From NCBI RefSeq assembly GCF_006345805.1, contig NW_021826117.1:1-13531 (forward strand): a DNA stretch of 13,531 bases. The letters run 5' to 3'. Each line of letters opens with the position of its first letter. The stretch's first letter is position 1. Origin of the DNA: Octopus sinensis. Its lineage: Eukaryota. This document shows positions 10,129-13,531 of the stretch, piece after piece. A program made the position numbers and the translations under genes. The notes beneath the pieces were generated by a model. That model was not told where the DNA came from. It made no database searches and was given only the letters and a program-made list of their open reading frames with translations.

Positions 10129-10547
10129 ACTTACATACTTGTACTTGTGGCGACATTCACCCTGGGCGAGTTGAGTCAGCTTCTTCTACTCATGGAAGAA
10201 GTTTCGTGGGAATATGTGGATTTCACAAGCGGTCCCCAACAATACCGCATGTGGAAACATCCTGCTTGCCGCAGATTGTCCGCAGACGCAGGGACAGAAC
10301 GACCGAGGAGCCACCGGTTGCCGAAACAGACACTCCGAGGATTTTCACCAGATCCCCGTCTGCCGGGTTGTGCCCCTAATACCACTCAGTGTCAGACCAA
10401 TCCGCCTTGGGTGGCCCTACCGGGAACCGAAGTTCCCGACGGCATAGCTCTGAGACTACCCGTTGCCAGCTTCCCCACCACGGTGAGGAGGGATAGACTT
10501 TGGGGAAGCTTTGGACTTTGGGGACGCGGATGGCCTTTGGGGACGAA
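10129..10547 (-). mobile_element. Non-autonomous, ribozyme-headed retroelement (probably derived from an RTE-clade LINE by internal deletion)
   Basis: GC-rich island. The 3' end on the minus strand is CACAAGTACAAGTATGTAAGT, a short tandem tail. Flanks AAACCAAACACAT (10116-10128) and AAAACAAGCACAT (10548-10560) match 11/13. It has an HDV-like fold at its 5' end, no tRNA head and no recognisable ORF. Confidence 0.65.
10352..10509 (-). ncRNA. HDV-like (double-pseudoknot) self-cleaving ribozyme candidate
   Basis: Hand fold on the minus strand: P1 GCTTCCCC (10509-10502) / GGGGAAGC (10476-10469); P2 ATCCC (10494-10490) / GGGAT (10356-10352); P3 TCC/GGT with one T-T mismatch; L3 TCACCGT; P1.1 CA/TG; GCAAC junction; P4 base CGGG/CCCG enclosing a structured insert; J4/2 G-C-A-G-A with putative catalytic C at 10362. 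Confidence 0.72.
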
Positions 10548-10830
10548 AAAACAAGCACATGATGGATAGTTAATATCCATAATCTCAATTGGTTGCGATT
10601 GGGAATCAATTAGGAAATTGTGAGATGATTCTATGGAGAATGTATGTGGCTGAAAACTACGCCATTCCCAGAAGAGTGGGTGGCAAAAATTGTTGCAAGG
10701 ATATTTCAACTAAATAATGCAAACCAAAACTTTTTCCGATATCGAAAATTTCTGATCTTTATTAATAAATAAATTTTAAATTATAATTATATATTGGCTT
10801 AATGAGATCAATTAAGGTCGGGATAGGCAA

Positions 10831-10994
10831 ACGCCATTCCGATATCTGTAATCTTTTGCTCGTTATGTTTACTCACCATTATAACCATCATCATCATCAT
10901 CATCATCATCGTCATCATCATCGTCAACATCATCATCATCATCATCGGCATCATCATCGTTGTCATCATCATCATCATCATCATCATCAGCATC

Positions 10995-11026
<32 letters not shown>

Positions 11027-11424
11027 CATCATCGTCACCACCACCACCACCATCAGCAGCAGCAGCAGCCACAACTGTATCATCATCATCATCATCAATG
11101 TCACCACCACCACGCCATTCGGATATCTGTAATCTTTTGCTCGTTATGTTTACTCACCATTATAACCATCATCATCATCGTGATCGTCATCATCATCATC
11201 ATCGTCATCGTCATCATCGTCGTCATCGTCACATCATCATCATCATCATCGTCGTCATCGTCATCATCATCATCATCATCGTCATCATCATCGTCATCGT
11301 CATCATCATCATCATCGTCATCGTCATCATCATCATCATCATCATCGTGATCGTCATCATCATCATCGTCATCATCTTTATTGTCATCATCATCATCATC
11401 ATCATCATAATCATCATCACCATC

Positions 11425-11456
<32 letters not shown>

Positions 11457-11478
11457 CATCGTCATCATCATCATCATA
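10831..11478. repeat. (CAT)n/(CGT/CAC/CAG) triplet microsatellite with a duplicated ~55-bp unique leader (10831 and 11112)
   Basis: ACGCCATTC(C/G)GATATCTGTAATCTTTTGCTCGTTATGTTTACTCACCATTATAACCATCATC occurs twice, 281 bp apart, each followed by (CAT)n. Confidence 0.95.
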
Positions 11479-11574
11479 AAAGATATAAAAGATAATTGAT
11501 ATAAACTCGACCATGTTTCTCTCTTCATCCGATTTCTCATTGCTTCTCGCTGTACAAAACATCTACCTCTTTAC

Positions 11575-11664
11575 ATACGTGTATATGATATATATGTATT
11601 ATATTTATAAATATGCATATAAATAGATATACCTGTATAGACATATATATATATATACATACAG

Positions 11665-11680
<16 letters not shown>
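11575..11680. repeat. (TA)n-rich microsatellite
   Basis: Directly visible. Confidence 0.9.
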
Positions 11681-11697
<17 letters not shown>

Positions 11698-11987
11698 TTT
11701 TACTTGTTTCAGTCATTTTGACTGCGGCCATGCTGGTGCACCGCCTTTAATCGAGCAACTCGACCCCAGGACTTATTCTTTTGTAAGCCCAGTACTTATT
11801 CTATCGGCCCCTTTTGCCGAACCGCTAAGTAACGGGGACATAAACACATCAGCATCGGTTGTCAAGCAATGCTAGGGGGACAAACACAGACACACAGACA
11901 TACACGCACATACATATATATGCATATATACGACAGGCTTCTTTCAGTTTCCGTCTACCAAATCCACTCACAAGGCTTTGGTCGGCC
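11681..11987 (-). mobile_element. 5'-truncated SINE (head missing) with internal CA/TA microsatellite and poly(A) at the 3' end
   Basis: The plus strand reads T20-TACTTGTTTCAGTCATTTTGACTGCGGCCATGCTGG...GCCGAACCGCTAAG...TTCAGTTTCCGTCTACCAAATCCACTCACAAGGCTTTGGTCGGCC, a very common octopus repeat by recollection. It stops before the tRNA head. Confidence 0.75.
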
Positions 11988-12084
11988 AACGGAGACAAGA
12001 AGTGGAACGAACCGACAAATCGAAACGAACCTGACGCGGGGCGCTGTCAGACAATAATGCGATAATTCAAAATATATGCATACA

Positions 12085-12137
12085 TTATATATATGTATAT
12101 ATATATATATATATATATTGTGTGTGTGTGTGTGTGT
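12085..12137. repeat. (TA)n-(TG)n microsatellite
   Basis: Directly visible. Confidence 0.95.
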
Positions 12138-12401
12138 AGAGGGAGGGGCAAGAAACGTAATACGCATGAAGCAGGTGCAACAAGAGGCGGGGAAGCCTTG
12201 ATCATTATTGACAAGACTATACTTGGCTTTGCCTATTTTTTCATTGATAGTCTTTATACTGCACTTTATACTCAGATGCATAGCTATATTTGTATCCGTT
12301 CATATACCTATCTATCAGTCTATAGTTTCTGCTAAATATTAATAAAAATATACATATGCTCATAATCTGAGTTCTATTTCTCCTGTTTGCACCAACCTTT
12401 T

Positions 12402-12419
12402 ATATATATATACACACAC

Positions 12420-12469
<50 letters not shown>

Positions 12470-12478
12470 TATATATAC

Positions 12479-12550
<72 letters not shown>

Positions 12551-12583
12551 ATATACATAAATACATAAATACATATATATATA
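12402..12583. repeat. (TA)n microsatellite, left flank of the RTE insertion
   Basis: Directly visible. Confidence 0.95.
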
Positions 12584-12932
12584 TTGGTTGGTTGGCATCC
12601 TTTATGTCTCGGGGGACAATGGAGTTGCGCATAAAGTAGTCTAGTCCGGCTTTTATATTTCATGTCCTGATACATTTCCTGCTGTGGCTATGTAGTCCTA
12701 TCCTGGACAAACACTTCCTCTGGCAGGTACCGCAAATGTAGCGAAGACTGTCCTGGCTGGTTTTAATGCCATAGTCTCTTGTTGACGTATCTCTTTCTTT
12801 CTATTCTATTCTCCTCTCTCTCTCTGTCACTCTTTGTATTGCCTCTTTTACGGTACGTCGCCATTCCCCACGGTTGCCGGTAACTGACTCTCAACCGCTA
12901 ATATTGATGTTGCAGGCTTTCATGTCCCTTTC
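12584..12932 (-). pseudogene. 3' end of an RTE/BovB-clade LINE: decayed ORF C-terminus, 3' UTR and (CCAA)n tail
   Basis: 12932->12660 translates ERDMKACNINISG*ESVTGNRGEWRRTVKEAIQRVTERERRIE*...YICGTCQRKCLSRIGLHSHSRKCIRT*. This contains the KRDMK..W....R..WR motif and the C-terminal CxxC...SRIGLxSH zinc knuckle typical of RTE/BovB ORFs, followed by GGATGCCAACCAACCAA. Two in-frame stops are present. Confidence 0.88.
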
Positions 12933-13082
12933 AAAATCAGAAACGTCCTGATCAAGGAGATGTTATTTGCTAATGATGCCGCTCTGGTCACACACACAGA
13001 AGAAGCCTCCAAAGGCTCATACTGTTTTGAGCAAGCATGTAACGACTTTAGCTTAGCTATCAGCCTTAAGAAGACGAACATA
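12933..13082 (+). pseudogene. Reverse-transcriptase fragment of an RTE/BovB-clade LINE (inverted relative to the adjacent 3' end)
   Basis: KIRNVLIKEMLFANDAALVTHTEEA..CFEQACNDFSLAISLKKTNI matches the RTE-type RT core (xFADD motif, here FAND). Compensating small deletions disrupt the expected EALQRLI segment. Confidence 0.9.
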
Positions 13083-13111
13083 TATTATATATATATATAT
13101 AATATATATAT

Positions 13112-13158
<47 letters not shown>

Positions 13159-13160
13159 TA
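13083..13160. repeat. (TA)n microsatellite, right flank of the RTE insertion
   Basis: Directly visible. Confidence 0.95.
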
Positions 13161-13314
13161 TATGGAAAAGAAGTCAGGATTGAAAATGGTAAGATAATTT
13201 TTTAAAACATTTCAGTACCGGTTTCAGTCATTGAGACTTTTTCAACTGTAAGTATGGAAAATAATTAATTTAGAAAAATTAAAAGAAAAGTTTTTAAAAG
13301 AATATTATGTGTGT

Positions 13315-13315
13315 T

Positions 13316-13351
<36 letters not shown>

Positions 13352-13394
13352 ATATATATATAATATATATATATATATTATATATATATATGTA

Positions 13395-13449
<55 letters not shown>

Positions 13450-13497
13450 ATATAATATATTGTATATATATAGTATGTATAATATATATATATATAA
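13315..13497. repeat. (TA)n microsatellite
   Basis: Directly visible. Confidence 0.95.
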
Positions 13498-13531
13498 CGG
13501 GAAGCTTTATGAAATAAACAAAAGACGAAGG

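Noticed and set aside
10395-10485. Pistol or twister-sister ribozyme (CGTGGT...TAGGGCCAC resemblance)
   Set aside because: The required pseudoknot partner (CCCTA) and core are not placed correctly; the HDV-like fold explains the sequence much better.
10802-11562. Poly-His, poly-Ser, poly-Asp, poly-Met and poly-Ile ORFs
   Set aside because: These are the six-frame translations of a (CAT)n microsatellite; there is no non-repeat domain.
12031-12052. GC-rich hairpin CTGACGCG-GGG-CGCTGTCAG
   Set aside because: Isolated, with no supporting element ends or RNA motif.

Overview
Eukaryotic, repeat-dense window with no supportable host gene. The (TA)n/(CAT)n microsatellite load and the tRNA-derived SINE types point to an octopus or other cephalopod genome; this is inferred from recalled repeat sequences, not a database search. 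Contents: many microsatellites, three ~480-bp tandem units (1305-2768), a cryptic triplet-repeat tract (4210-5180), several tRNA-headed SINEs, and a near-identical 1.69-kb tandem duplication (6388-8073 / 8074-9760). The main finding is a ~420-bp minus-strand element (10129-10547) with imperfect TSD-like flanks, a short (CAAGTA)-type tail and no ORF. Its 5' end folds by hand into a complete HDV-like double-pseudoknot ribozyme (10509->10352). An exact 80-bp piece of this element, containing the predicted catalytic strand, sits between the A and B boxes of a nearby SINE. At 12584-13082 a decayed RTE/BovB-clade LINE has its RT fragment inverted relative to its 3' end, a twin-priming-like structure missed by the ORF track. 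All long ORFs in the supplied track appear to be simple-repeat artefacts.
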